DNA of 64,000 nt from positions 864,001 through 928,000 of the forward strand of contig CAWGMQ010000011.1 in NCBI GenBank assembly GCA_963823665.1, given 5' to 3'. The stretch comes from an uncultured Planctomycetota bacterium. Its GTDB lineage: Bacteria > Planctomycetota > Planctomycetia > Isosphaerales > Isosphaeraceae. A program made the translations under genes and the position numbers. Shown piece by piece: positions 21,392 to 29,860 of this stretch (the stretch's first letter is position 1; each line of letters starts with the position of its first letter). The notes under the pieces are model-generated. The model had not been told where the DNA came from. It did not search any database and worked only from the letters and a program-made list of their open reading frames with translations.

Positions 21392-22900
21392 TCACGGCCG
21401 CAGCTCCCAGGCGTCGAGGAAGCGCAGCCGCGCGGGACTGCCGATCGCGAACAGGCTGACGCCGCGACTCGTGCCCGCGGGAAAGATCTGGTCGGTCAGG
21501 ACTACCTGGCCGTCGTCTGCGAAAACCTCGACGGAAGTTGCATCGACGAGTACGTGCAGACGAATCGGTCCGTCGGTCGATGTCAGCCGGCACGAGTGAC
21601 GCCCCGGGAAATCGCGGCTGAAGTTCGTGGCGCCCGAACTGCTCCGGTCGATGAAAACCGTGCCGGCGCGGACATCGACGCCGACAAGTGTTTCCTCATT
21701 TTCACCGCGGCGCACTTTCAGTCCGAAGGCGTCGGCCTCGCGGGCTGTGAATTCCGCGACGATTTCAAGCGAAGCTCCTTCGATCCCATCGACTTCGAGC
21801 TTTGTCTCGCCCTCGGCAATCGCACGGTTCTCGATCCGGTGGTTCTGGCCGCGAAGAAGCGCGAGGCTCTCGACCGGCTTCTGCACGAGGTGGAAGCCGT
21901 CGTGGGTCTCGCGCAGCGCCACAGATCGCGGGACGGTCATTGCTCCGCGCCAGGGGGAAGTGGGAATGTCATTGGCGTATTGCCAGTTGTTCATCCAGGC
22001 AATCCAGACCGGGCGGCCACCGGTGGGCGCGTCGTTCCAGCATTGCGAAGCGTAGAAATCCTTGCCGAAGTCGATCCAGAGCGGCGTGTCATTCCTCTCG
22101 CCCTCGGGCTGGAATTTCTTGCCGTCGAACCGGCCGACAAAGTACTGGCCTCCGGAGCCGCCGAAGGGGGCGCCCGCGTTAACGTCCACTTTGAGCACCC
22201 AGCGCGTTTCACCCTGGAGGCCGCCCTCGACTGGCGCCTCAAACAGTTCGGGGCATTCCCACACGCCGTGTCTCGATCCTGCGGGTCCGAAGTCGCTCAG
22301 TTTCTCCCAGGTCTTGAGATCGCCCGAGCCCCAGAGCCGTGCCTTGCGGTCGTCGGCGAGCACGGTCGCCATGATCCAGCGGCTCGACGGTTTGTGCCAG
22401 AAAACCTTGGGGTCACGGAACGAATTCGAGTGCAGGTCGAGGACGGGGTTTCCCTTGAACTTGGTCCAGGTGCGCCCGCGATCGGTGCTCGATGCCAGGT
22501 TCTGGGTCTGCTTCTTCTGACCGTCGCCGGTATAGACGGCGATCAAGGGCGGAGCGTCTTTGGTCCCGAGCCCAGACGTGTTTCGCGCATCGAAGACGGC
22601 GCTGCCCGAGAAGATCATGATTCCATTTTCCTCGCGGAGTGCGATCGGCAGGTGCTGCCAGTGCACAAGGTCGCGGCTGGTGGCATGCCCCCAGCTCATG
22701 TGCCCCCAGCGGTCGCCCTCGGGATTGTGCTGGTAGAAGAGGTGATACTCGCCGTCGAGAAAAACGAGCCCGTTGGGGTCGTTGATGAAGTTCTTGGGCG
22801 GTGTGAAGTGGTAAACCGGGCGCGCGCCGGGCGGCTCGTCAGCTCTCGTGACGACGAAGCTCATCGGAATGAGCACGACCGCAAGAATCGCTCGGCGCAT
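21392..22900 (-). CDS. GH32 levanase/beta-fructofuranosidase, secreted
   Basis: FINDPNG, WGHATSRDLVHW, FSGS, FRDPKV and WECP motifs; signal peptide. Confidence 0.93.
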   Translation of the reverse strand: MRRAILAVVLIPMSFVVTRADEPPGARPVYHFTPPKNFINDPNGLVFLDGEYHLFYQHNPEGDRWGHMSWGHATSRDLVHWQHLPIALREENGIMIFSGSAVFDARNTSGLGTKDAPPLIAVYTGDGQKKQTQNLASSTDRGRTWTKFKGNPVLDLHSNSFRDPKVFWHKPSSRWIMATVLADDRKARLWGSGDLKTWEKLSDFGPAGSRHGVWECPELFEAPVEGGLQGETRWVLKVDVNAGAPFGGSGGQYFVGRFDGKKFQPEGERNDTPLWIDFGKDFYASQCWNDAPTGGRPVWIAWMNNWQYANDIPTSPWRGAMTVPRSVALRETHDGFHLVQKPVESLALLRGQNHRIENRAIAEGETKLEVDGIEGASLEIVAEFTAREADAFGLKVRRGENEETLVGVDVRAGTVFIDRSSSGATNFSRDFPGRHSCRLTSTDGPIRLHVLVDATSVEVFADDGQVVLTDQIFPAGTSRGVSLFAIGSPARLRFLDAWELRP

Positions 22901-23026
22901 CGGAGGTGATCGCTTGTCGGTGGGAAGGTTGTCGATCGCGTAACGACGCCCGTTCCGCTCGAGAGTACCGGCGCGAGCCTTCGCCTGACCAGTCGGTGCC
23001 CTCGGATTCTTGCGCGCTCCCTGCGA

Positions 23027-23287
23027 TCAGTCAAAGCGCTCACCGCCGAGATACGCCGCTTCGACCTGCGCCCAAGCCTTCACGGACCCTCGCCGGGGCG
23101 CCTTGAAGTACCGGCCCATGCGGGCCATCGGCTGCTTGCAATCCGGACAAAGGAAGGGACGCTGCGGCACGTTGCTATCCCAGTTCGACGAGCCAGGCTG
23201 CTTGAATGTCTTGCGGCAGGCAAAGCACGCGAAATGGACCTTGTTGGTCGCCGATGGCACGCCTGTTCCACACCGCATCCCCGCCAC
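23027..23287 (-). CDS. Small zinc-ribbon hypothetical protein (cassette-like)
   Basis: HFACFACRKTFK...CPDCKQPMARMGRYFKAPR; GGGAGG SD before GTG. Confidence 0.7.
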   Translation of the reverse strand: MAGMRCGTGVPSATNKVHFACFACRKTFKQPGSSNWDSNVPQRPFLCPDCKQPMARMGRYFKAPRRGSVKAWAQVEAAYLGGERFD

Positions 23288-23302
23288 GGTACACCTCCCG
23301 CC

Positions 23303-23372
23303 GCCGAGTGAGCAGGCTCCTGACGGTCACCTTCAGAGACGGGGCCAGGTCCGCTGGATTGCCTCATTCGGC
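23303..23372 (-). mobile_element. Degenerate attC-like site
   Basis: GCCGAAT-GAGGCAATCCAGCGGACC just after the DUF4058 stop; right arm decayed. Confidence 0.5.
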
Positions 23373-23383
23373 ATCCGCCACTG

Positions 23384-24076
23384 CTACGCCGCGGGTTGTA
23401 CCCGCTGCTCCACACAGGTGCGTTGGTACGTAGCTTCCAACTCGACGGGCAGGCACAGGCCGCCCCGCAGCCACAGCGGCAGCGAGGGCAGGCGTTGCCC
23501 TACGGCCAGCGGCTCACGCCACACGTCCAGCGTCGGCGCGCCGTTCCGGTCCACAGGGCGGTACGCGGAACCGCTGAGCGATGGTCCTGGCCCAGGATCG
23601 CCCGCCCCTACCCGCGCCAGCAGCTCGCGATGCAGGTCGCCGGAGCGGTCGGTCACCACGTCCACTAGCACCAGTCCGACACCCGACTGCAGGTACGCCG
23701 CGCACTTCGACACCAGTGCCTCCCGATGCGCGGGCCGGTCCTTGTTGGCCGGACTGACCAGCTCGACCGCCCCCGCCAGCACGGGACCGCCGGACCGACT
23801 GAAAACGCCGATCTCAATGACTGCTGCTGGAAGCTCCAGCGGGAAATTGGCCAGGGGTGGGGCCGGGCTCCACGTCCCCTGGGGGAGCGCCGCGAGGTGT
23901 TCCTCAAAGGCCGCCACGTCGATCTCGACACCAAATTGCACGTTTGCCTCGGCGAAATATCCTTCCGGCAGCATCGCGTTGAGCTGCGAAGAAATATACG
24001 TGGCCCACGAGTTGTGGAACGCGTGCCGGTGCCGGTGCTCGCTCAGTGGGGGATGAAAGTGGTCCAGCAGCGGCAT
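23384..24076 (-). CDS. DUF4058 family (restriction endonuclease-like fold)
   Basis: MPLLDHFHPPLS...HAFHNSW...AVELVSPANKDR...LVDVVT...LPSLPLWL...LEATYQRTC. Confidence 0.85.
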   Translation of the reverse strand: MPLLDHFHPPLSEHRHRHAFHNSWATYISSQLNAMLPEGYFAEANVQFGVEIDVAAFEEHLAALPQGTWSPAPPLANFPLELPAAVIEIGVFSRSGGPVLAGAVELVSPANKDRPAHREALVSKCAAYLQSGVGLVLVDVVTDRSGDLHRELLARVGAGDPGPGPSLSGSAYRPVDRNGAPTLDVWREPLAVGQRLPSLPLWLRGGLCLPVELEATYQRTCVEQRVQPAA

Positions 24077-24240
24077 GGCATGTCATCCTCTGGAAAACGA
24101 TCAACAAACCAGAATAACAGACGGCCGTGCTCTCGTACATCGCTGAGCTCGGGCCGACCACCGATCACAGGCACTCCCGACGATGGCAATGACCAAGCCG
24201 ACCGTTCTACCCGTTGCGATTCTTCGCATCGCGGTCACCG

Positions 24241-24720
24241 TCAAGCCTCACCGCCGCCGACGTACCTCGAGAAATGTGAGACGACCCGATCGAAGACCTC
24301 GCCACGTTCGGGCTCAATCTCCTCCAACAGACAGATTGGCGCACAACAAGCCCCGAGGAAAAAAACGCGATCGGACCGATCGGATCTCGAAAGGGCGAAG
24401 AGCAGTTGTGCGACGGCTGTGTTCTCCGGTGCCTCGGGCGAGCGCCGCGACCAGAAGCCGCAGGCCATTCGTTCGATCGCTTCAAGGTTGGGGCCGTCGA
24501 GGGCTTGCTGTCGAGCCCATGAAAGAGCTGCGCTTATCTCGGCAGACGCCCTGCCGAGATGGTCGAGAAGATCACCTACGCAGGGGCAAAGCCAGTCGAA
24601 GATGTGTCCCTCATTCGGTGGGTCATCGAGGTACATCAGAAGTGGGATAGGCCAGCGCGCCCCTTCAATCGCGTACACCCTTCGGCACCCGGCGATGGCC
24701 TCCTGTGCTGTCATTCGCAC
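24241..24720 (-). CDS. Hypothetical protein (cassette-like)
   Basis: 159-aa ORF overlapping the end of the SMI1 gene. Confidence 0.6.
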   Translation of the reverse strand: MRMTAQEAIAGCRRVYAIEGARWPIPLLMYLDDPPNEGHIFDWLCPCVGDLLDHLGRASAEISAALSWARQQALDGPNLEAIERMACGFWSRRSPEAPENTAVAQLLFALSRSDRSDRVFFLGACCAPICLLEEIEPERGEVFDRVVSHFSRYVGGGEA

Positions 24721-25160
24721 GGCTCGCGGTCAAAGTACTCCTGTCCGATTGCTGCCACAAATGCGGCGACGTCTGGTGCGATGACCTCGGCGCTCTCGGG
24801 CCCTGCGATTGGATTGATCATGACGACTGGGAATGGCGGTCGTCCCGAACGGCAGTCGAGCGCGATCCGCTCAAGCCCACCGTTTCCGCCAATGAAAGTG
24901 AAGCCAGGGAAGTGTTCGATGAGGAAGGGATCGCTAAATCCCGCGACAATCTCTTCAACCCGATCCAGCAGCAGCAGAAGAGAGGGTAGCCCCAGATTAC
25001 CTTCGCCACCATTTGAGACCTCCAAGAGCTCGACAAGCTCGTTGGGCAAGGGATGGGGACTGGCTTGGCGGAGCCGATCGATCTCCTGTGGCGACGCACC
25101 CGGCTCGCTCTTCCGGTTGCGATGCGGCTTGGCCAGGATCCGCGAGACTCGATTGCGCAT
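24711..25160 (-). CDS. SMI1/KNR4 (SUKH) family immunity protein
   Basis: PGASPQEI...LPNELVELLEVSNGGEG...FIGGNGGLERIALDCR...IAPDVAAFV. Confidence 0.8.
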   Translation of the reverse strand: MRNRVSRILAKPHRNRKSEPGASPQEIDRLRQASPHPLPNELVELLEVSNGGEGNLGLPSLLLLLDRVEEIVAGFSDPFLIEHFPGFTFIGGNGGLERIALDCRSGRPPFPVVMINPIAGPESAEVIAPDVAAFVAAIGQEYFDREPCE

Positions 25161-25168
25161 CGTCAGAT

Positions 25169-25226
25169 GCCTTTCGACCAAGATCAACGGGCCCGCTGCA
25201 GGCGGGTCCGCTGTGTCTCGTCAGGC
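25169..25226 (-). mobile_element. attC-like site (best preserved, 58 bp)
   Basis: GCCTGAC-GAGACA-CAGCGGACCCGC-CTGCA-GCGGGCCCGTTGATC-TTGGTC-GAAAGGC; the upstream gene's TGA lies inside the first box. Confidence 0.65.
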
Positions 25227-25412
25227 CGGTTCCCCGGCAACGTGGCGGGTCACCCGCACCGGTCGGCGCGGAGTGAGGCGCACCACCGACCGTCCCCCGG
25301 CACGCTCCTGCTCGCGCAGGTCACGGGCGATCGCCGCCAAGTCGTAACCGAACTGTCGGCAGTATTCGTCGCGGGCCGTCCGGACCTCCCGCAACACGTC
25401 ATCCTCGCTCAT
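25221..25412 (-). CDS. Small partner protein normally found downstream of this PIN-toxin family (putative antitoxin)
   Basis: MSEDDVLREVRTARDEYCRQFGYDLAAIARDLREQE with its own GGAGG SD. Confidence 0.7.
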   Translation of the reverse strand: MSEDDVLREVRTARDEYCRQFGYDLAAIARDLREQERAGGRSVVRLTPRRPVRVTRHVAGEPA

Positions 25413-25544
25413 TGTCTTCGCCTCCAGGCAACTCTGCCACCACTCGCGGGTGATCTGCTGGTGTGCAGCCCGGACGAGGTCTCGGCTCGGCCAAGCCGTC
25501 AGGTAGCTCGGGATTGTGGTCTCCAGATAGACGCGCGGCTTCAT
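25413..25544 (-). pseudogene. PIN (VapC-like) toxin, N-terminal remnant
   Basis: MKPRVYLETTIPSYLTAWPSRDLVRAAHQQITREWW, then runs in frame into the partner gene; the rest of the PIN domain is missing. Confidence 0.8.
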
Positions 25545-25562
25545 TCCCACATTTTACCGCGA

Positions 25563-25624
25563 CGGCATCGGACTCGGCATCAGCCGCCCGCGGCAGGCGG
25601 GGCCGCTGCCTCGCCCTGCCAGGC
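25563..25624 (-). mobile_element. Degenerate attC-like site
   Basis: GCCTGGC-AGGGCGAGG-CAGCGGCCCCGC-CTGCC-GCGGGCGGCTGATG..., alignable with the 25169-25226 site. Confidence 0.55.
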
Positions 25625-26083
25625 GCCATCCCGTGCGCGCCGCCGCCTGCGCCGAGCGACCAGCCCACAGATGACCCCGCCGACGAGCCCGACGGGCAGA
25701 ATGAGCATGAGGTGAAGGATGTGGAACTGGCGCATCTCCCGAAGCGCGCCTCCATAGTTATTAGGAGGCGATCGATCAACCATCGCCCTCAACACTGAGA
25801 GCAGCAACCGACTCACGACTGAATCGGAATATCGAAACGCCGCCAGCACATCGAGTACGAGGACGAAGGTCGCCCAGCCGACGGCCGCGAATCCGAACCA
25901 GAAGGCCCCTTCCTCACCCTGGCGATTCCGTGCCAGGAAGGTTGCGAGCACCAAGGCGATCACCGTCACGAACCGGCACGTGTCGACCCAACCATCCTCG
26001 GCTGACCGGAGCGCGGCGACTTCGACGGCGACCAGGGCGACGAGGCTCATGATCCCGGCGATCGAGATTCGCAATCGGCCCAC
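25580..26083 (-). CDS. Planctomycete membrane protein (about 4 TM)
   Basis: RLRISIAGIMSLVALVAV N-terminus, FWFGFA motif and hydrophobic helices. Confidence 0.75.
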   Translation of the reverse strand: MGRLRISIAGIMSLVALVAVEVAALRSAEDGWVDTCRFVTVIALVLATFLARNRQGEEGAFWFGFAAVGWATFVLVLDVLAAFRYSDSVVSRLLLSVLRAMVDRSPPNNYGGALREMRQFHILHLMLILPVGLVGGVICGLVARRRRRRARDGAWQGEAAAPPAAGG

Positions 26084-26104
26084 GCGGCACCTCCGGTTCT
26101 GTCC

Positions 26105-26192
26105 GCTTGATACCCCACCCAGATCAGCGGCCCACCGTCAGTCGGTTTCGCTGCATCGTATCGTCAGGGTCCGCTGGAGTGCCAGGTCAGGC
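26105..26192 (-). mobile_element. attC-like site
   Basis: GCCTGAC-CTGGCACTCCAGCGGACCC...GGGCCGCTGATC; the stem has an unpaired A; the toxin stop lies in the first box. Confidence 0.65.
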
Positions 26193-26483
26193 CCGGGATT
26201 GCCAGCGACTCGGATCGCGCTTGCTGTGGTGAACGGCGATGACGGCGATCCGGTGGCTCTCGATTCGGTAGTAGAGGGCATAGGAGAACCGCTTCGTGCG
26301 TGTGTGCCGGACATCCTTGTAGATCAAAGCGTGGTGTTCATGATTCCGTTCGATCCGGTCCAAGACCGACTGGACCTCGGTCAGGAACTGCTCGCCCAAG
26401 CCCAACCGCTGGTTCTCGTATCAGGTATACGCTTCGTCGAAGTCGTCCCGAACGCCCGCCTGAAAGACCAGCGGCAGGTTCAT
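26187..26483 (-). pseudogene. RelE/ParE family toxin with internal TGA at codon 21
   Basis: MNLPLVFQAGVRDDFDEAYT*YENQRLGLGEQFL...RFSYALYY...VIAVHHSKRDPSRW; the stop at 26421-26423 falls where this family has W(YE). Confidence 0.8.
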
Positions 26484-26704
26484 CGGGGCCGTCTCACGTA
26501 GGCTTTGATTTCTTCCCAGGTCGCAACATTGCTGGGGTCCGCGTCGAGGGCCGCCAACCTGCGGTCGAGCAGGTCTTTCAATTCCTCGGTCAATTCGGGC
26601 TCGAACTCTTCGCCGGAAAGCCCGTCCCAGACCTCTTCGATCAGGCGGAGGCGGTCCTCCAGTGGCCAGGATTGGACCTCGGTGAGTACGGTCTTCAGAT
26701 CCAT
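26480..26704 (-). CDS. Addiction module antitoxin (TIGR02574-like)
   Basis: WPLEDRLRLIEEVWDGL...LTEELKDLLDRRLAALDADP...TWEEIKA; ATGA overlap with the toxin. Confidence 0.88.
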   Translation of the reverse strand: MDLKTVLTEVQSWPLEDRLRLIEEVWDGLSGEEFEPELTEELKDLLDRRLAALDADPSNVATWEEIKAYVRRPR

Positions 26705-27149
26705 GCGAGACTCCCTCGGCAGGTCGATTCAAGAGACCTTCGCGGAGACGAATTCATCTCATTCCAGTATACCCCGCCAGCGTGGCGCCTGCTCCTCATG
26801 ATCGGCGTTCGGGCAAGCATGGATCGAATCAGCTCCTGCCCGCGCACTTCCCCGGGCATAGCCGTCAGCGGCGCAGCCCGCCGTAGCCGGTGCTGTCCCA
26901 TCTCGCCGTCGCCAAGCGGTCGCCCGCGGCGAACGACGACTCGCCGCCGCATCGATGGCCCGCCCATGCCGGTGCTACTCGGTCCGCCCGAGGCGGGCTC
27001 CAGGCTGTGACGGAGGCGAACTGTCGGCCCGACGGTCAGCGGCCGATGCCGGCCCAGGGCAAGGTAAAGGTGCCGCGCCACCTGGCACCGATCCTCCGGG
27101 AATCGGCTCCGAGGTACGCGGCCAGAGCGGCGAATCTTCCGCGGAAGGA

Positions 27150-27202
27150 CGGCTTCCGACGACGATTGCCTCGCCCGGCTTGCGACCAAGAAGAATCACC
27201 AT
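27150..27202 (-). pseudogene. Truncated CsrA-like N-terminus
   Basis: Strong SD (GGGGAGG), then MVILLGRKPGEAIVVG; similarity is lost afterwards. Confidence 0.45.
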
Positions 27203-27529
27203 GTCCGCCCTCCCCTTGCGGGGCTCAAAGCCGCATAACGCTCAAGATCAGCGGCCCGCCGAAACGCGCGTCCGCGACCCCACCAGAAGCAGATGAACTT
27301 ATACCCCGAACCGCGATCGCCTACCAAGAGGAAGTGGTACCAGTAATTCTCGCCTGCCCGCGTGCCCTTGTCTGCTGCTTCCACGCAACTCAAGCGACCA
27401 CTGCATCGCCTTCTCTGATTGACATCTGGACAACGATCAGCGACGATTTCGAGGGCGCCGAGCGCCCGCCGCCCGCGCTCGCCGCGGCAATCTGTCTCGT
27501 CTCGTTCGCAATGCTGGGAACGCGCCTCC

Positions 27530-28084
27530 ATGGACTCAACGCACGCAAGCCTGGTCGATCGGCTGCGCCAGCCGTCCTCGGCTGAGGCCTGGGATCGGTT
27601 CGTGCAGCTTTACGGGCCGCTGCTGCTGCACTGGGCGCGGAAGCTCGGCTTGCAGAATGAAGACGCAGCAGACCTTGTGCAGGACGTGCTCATCGTGCTC
27701 GTGCGCAAGATGCCGGAGTTTCAATATCAGCCCGATCGGACGTTCCGGGGGTGGATGAGAACCGTCCTCTTGAACAAGTGGCGCGATCGCCCGCACCGTG
27801 GGCCGGCTGCCCCGCTCGACAGCGACATCCAGCCGGTGGCTCCCGATGAATCCGACGAACTTGAGGAACGCGAGTATCGCCTCTACGTCGTGGGTCGGGC
27901 GCTGCGTTTGATGTCGGGGGATTTCGAGCCAACAACCTGGCGCGCGTGCTGGGAAACGGTCGTCGTCGGCCGGCCAGCGGCAGACGTTGCCGCCGAGCTG
28001 GGTATCACCGTCAATGCCGTTTACCTGGCCAAGTCGCGGGTGATCGGCCGGCTGCGCCGTGATCTCGCCGGGCTGCTCGATTGA
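27530..28084 (+). CDS. ECF sigma-70 factor (kinase-associated planctomycete type)
   Basis: STHASLVDRLRQ...AWDRFVQLYGP...DAADLVQDV...FRGWMRTV...AADVAAELGITVNAVYLAKSRV. Confidence 0.92.
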   Translation: MDSTHASLVDRLRQPSSAEAWDRFVQLYGPLLLHWARKLGLQNEDAADLVQDVLIVLVRKMPEFQYQPDRTFRGWMRTVLLNKWRDRPHRGPAAPLDSDIQPVAPDESDELEEREYRLYVVGRALRLMSGDFEPTTWRACWETVVVGRPAADVAAELGITVNAVYLAKSRVIGRLRRDLAGLLD

Positions 28085-28105
28085 ACCGTGCGACGCCAGA
28101 CCTAG

Positions 28106-29647
28106 TCACTTGGTCTTGGCACTCGCGGTGCTCGAGAATTCCGTGCCTGCGGAGTCGATCGCACCAACCTTGAACTGATACGTGACGGCGTGCGTCAGAC
28201 CAAGCACCGAGAAACTCGTGGTGCCGCTGCCGAGAGACTTGATCGGCGTCCAGACGCCGCCGATCAGCTCATCGATGACATAGCCTGTCGCGCCGGTGAC
28301 CGCCGTCCATCCGAGGTTGATCTGAGTCGTCGACGCCGCGGTGGCGGTGAGTGTCGGCGCCGTGGTGAATGTCTCGATGGTCTGCTGTGCGGCAAAAACC
28401 GTTCCGGCGACGTTCGTCGAGGCGACCTTGAACGTATACGAGGTACCGCTCGCCAGCCCGGAGACATTATCGGTCAGGCTAATTCCGCCAAGACTCGCAA
28501 TCTGCTTCCAGGTGCCCGAAACCAATTCGTCCACGACGTAGCCCGTTGCACCGCTGGCTGCGCTCCATGACAGGTCGATCTGGGTGGGAGAGACTGCTTT
28601 GCCAGTGAACGACGGGGCGGCCGGAAGCGGGATGAACGAGCCAGTGTACGAGCTTGCGTTGACCTGGATCTGACCGAGGTTGGTGTTTCTGGTGAAGAGA
28701 TTTCCACTCTGGACGATCCCAGCGCTGAAGCTCGTGCCGACGGCAGACGGGGCCGGCGAAGGCGATGGCACCGTGGCAGGCACGACACATGTATCGGAGG
28801 CGTAATCGAGCTCTCCCCAGCCAACCGCGGCGTAGCCGGCCTCGAGCGCGGAATACCACGCGTAGTTGAACTCGCTCTGGCTGAAGGCGTTGGTCTGATT
28901 CGCGGTCGTCACCGCCGCGACCTTGAACCCGATTGCGGCCTGGTAGGTCGCCAGTTGGGTTGCTTTTGACTGCCAGGTCGCAAGCGGAACGTAGCTGCTC
29001 GTGTCGACCTGGTAGCTCTCGTAAAGGTAATAGTCAGTCGCGTTCAGGAGCGTAGCGGTTCCCGACGGGTTACTGGAATTCTTGGCGTTGCCAAACGCGT
29101 CGGCCGGCACGAACGCATTGGCCATCACCACCAACCCTTGGCTGTGCGCGTAGGACACGAAGGCGTTCTGCCGCGCGCGGGTCGTGCCGAAGTCGTAACC
29201 GAAATCGTCCAGGAAGATTCCCTTGGCACCCATGGTCTTCCAGTCGTTGATCTCAGTCGTCATCTGGTTCGTTGTGAGATTCTCGGTTGAGACGCCCGTA
29301 TCGACGTAACCGAAGACCAGCGTGTTCTTCATCGCTGGATTCGCGATGATCTGCTGCGTATTGCTGTGGTCGGCATTCGTCGGCAGCTCGAGGGTGTCGC
29401 CGAGAACGACCATCGAGTACGACCCGAGTGTGCTCGCGGCCTTGGACAGGTTGCCTTGAGCGTTGTTGATGAGGGAAGGAAACCCGTAATAAATCAAGAG
29501 ATTCCCCGGCGCGAGGCTGGCGGTCATGAGCTGGCGGTCGTCCAGGCATTCCACGTTCAGCCGCGCCTGGCGCCGTCGCCGGTGCACGGTGCTCCCGCCC
29601 TTGGACATCTGAAGCGACCCGAGCAGCGAGGACAGAAGACGATTCAT
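28106..29647 (-). CDS. Secreted protein: planctomycete export motif, glycoside-hydrolase-like TIM barrel and two FN3 domains
   Basis: RRRRQARLNVECLDDRQLM; VFGYVDTG, GIFLDDFGYD and YLYES; two (S)TQI(D/N)L(S/G)W...ATGYV...Y(T/Q)FKV FN3 repeats. Confidence 0.8.
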   Translation of the reverse strand: MNRLLSSLLGSLQMSKGGSTVHRRRRQARLNVECLDDRQLMTASLAPGNLLIYYGFPSLINNAQGNLSKAASTLGSYSMVVLGDTLELPTNADHSNTQQIIANPAMKNTLVFGYVDTGVSTENLTTNQMTTEINDWKTMGAKGIFLDDFGYDFGTTRARQNAFVSYAHSQGLVVMANAFVPADAFGNAKNSSNPSGTATLLNATDYYLYESYQVDTSSYVPLATWQSKATQLATYQAAIGFKVAAVTTANQTNAFSQSEFNYAWYSALEAGYAAVGWGELDYASDTCVVPATVPSPSPAPSAVGTSFSAGIVQSGNLFTRNTNLGQIQVNASSYTGSFIPLPAAPSFTGKAVSPTQIDLSWSAASGATGYVVDELVSGTWKQIASLGGISLTDNVSGLASGTSYTFKVASTNVAGTVFAAQQTIETFTTAPTLTATAASTTQINLGWTAVTGATGYVIDELIGGVWTPIKSLGSGTTSFSVLGLTHAVTYQFKVGAIDSAGTEFSSTASAKTK

Positions 29648-29860
29648 GGCAATACCCCTGCGCGATTGTTGTTGCCTGATGCCGGCAGGCCAACTTGGCC
29701 AGCCGGAAGAGACTACGGTAGGAATCGCCGGGGTCTGTCAGGAAAATCTGGGCCGTGCAGAAAAAGACCCGCCACGTCTGGAGCTCTCCACGTCAGACCA
29801 TCACTCGCTCGGCAGCAACGCCTTGTGCCAGCACGAGTTTGCGCGATTACACCCGCGCCC

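Noticed and set aside
24077..24240. attC site between DUF4058 and the upstream hypothetical gene
   Set aside because: GCTTGAC overlaps the stop codon, but no convincing paired inner stem could be found.
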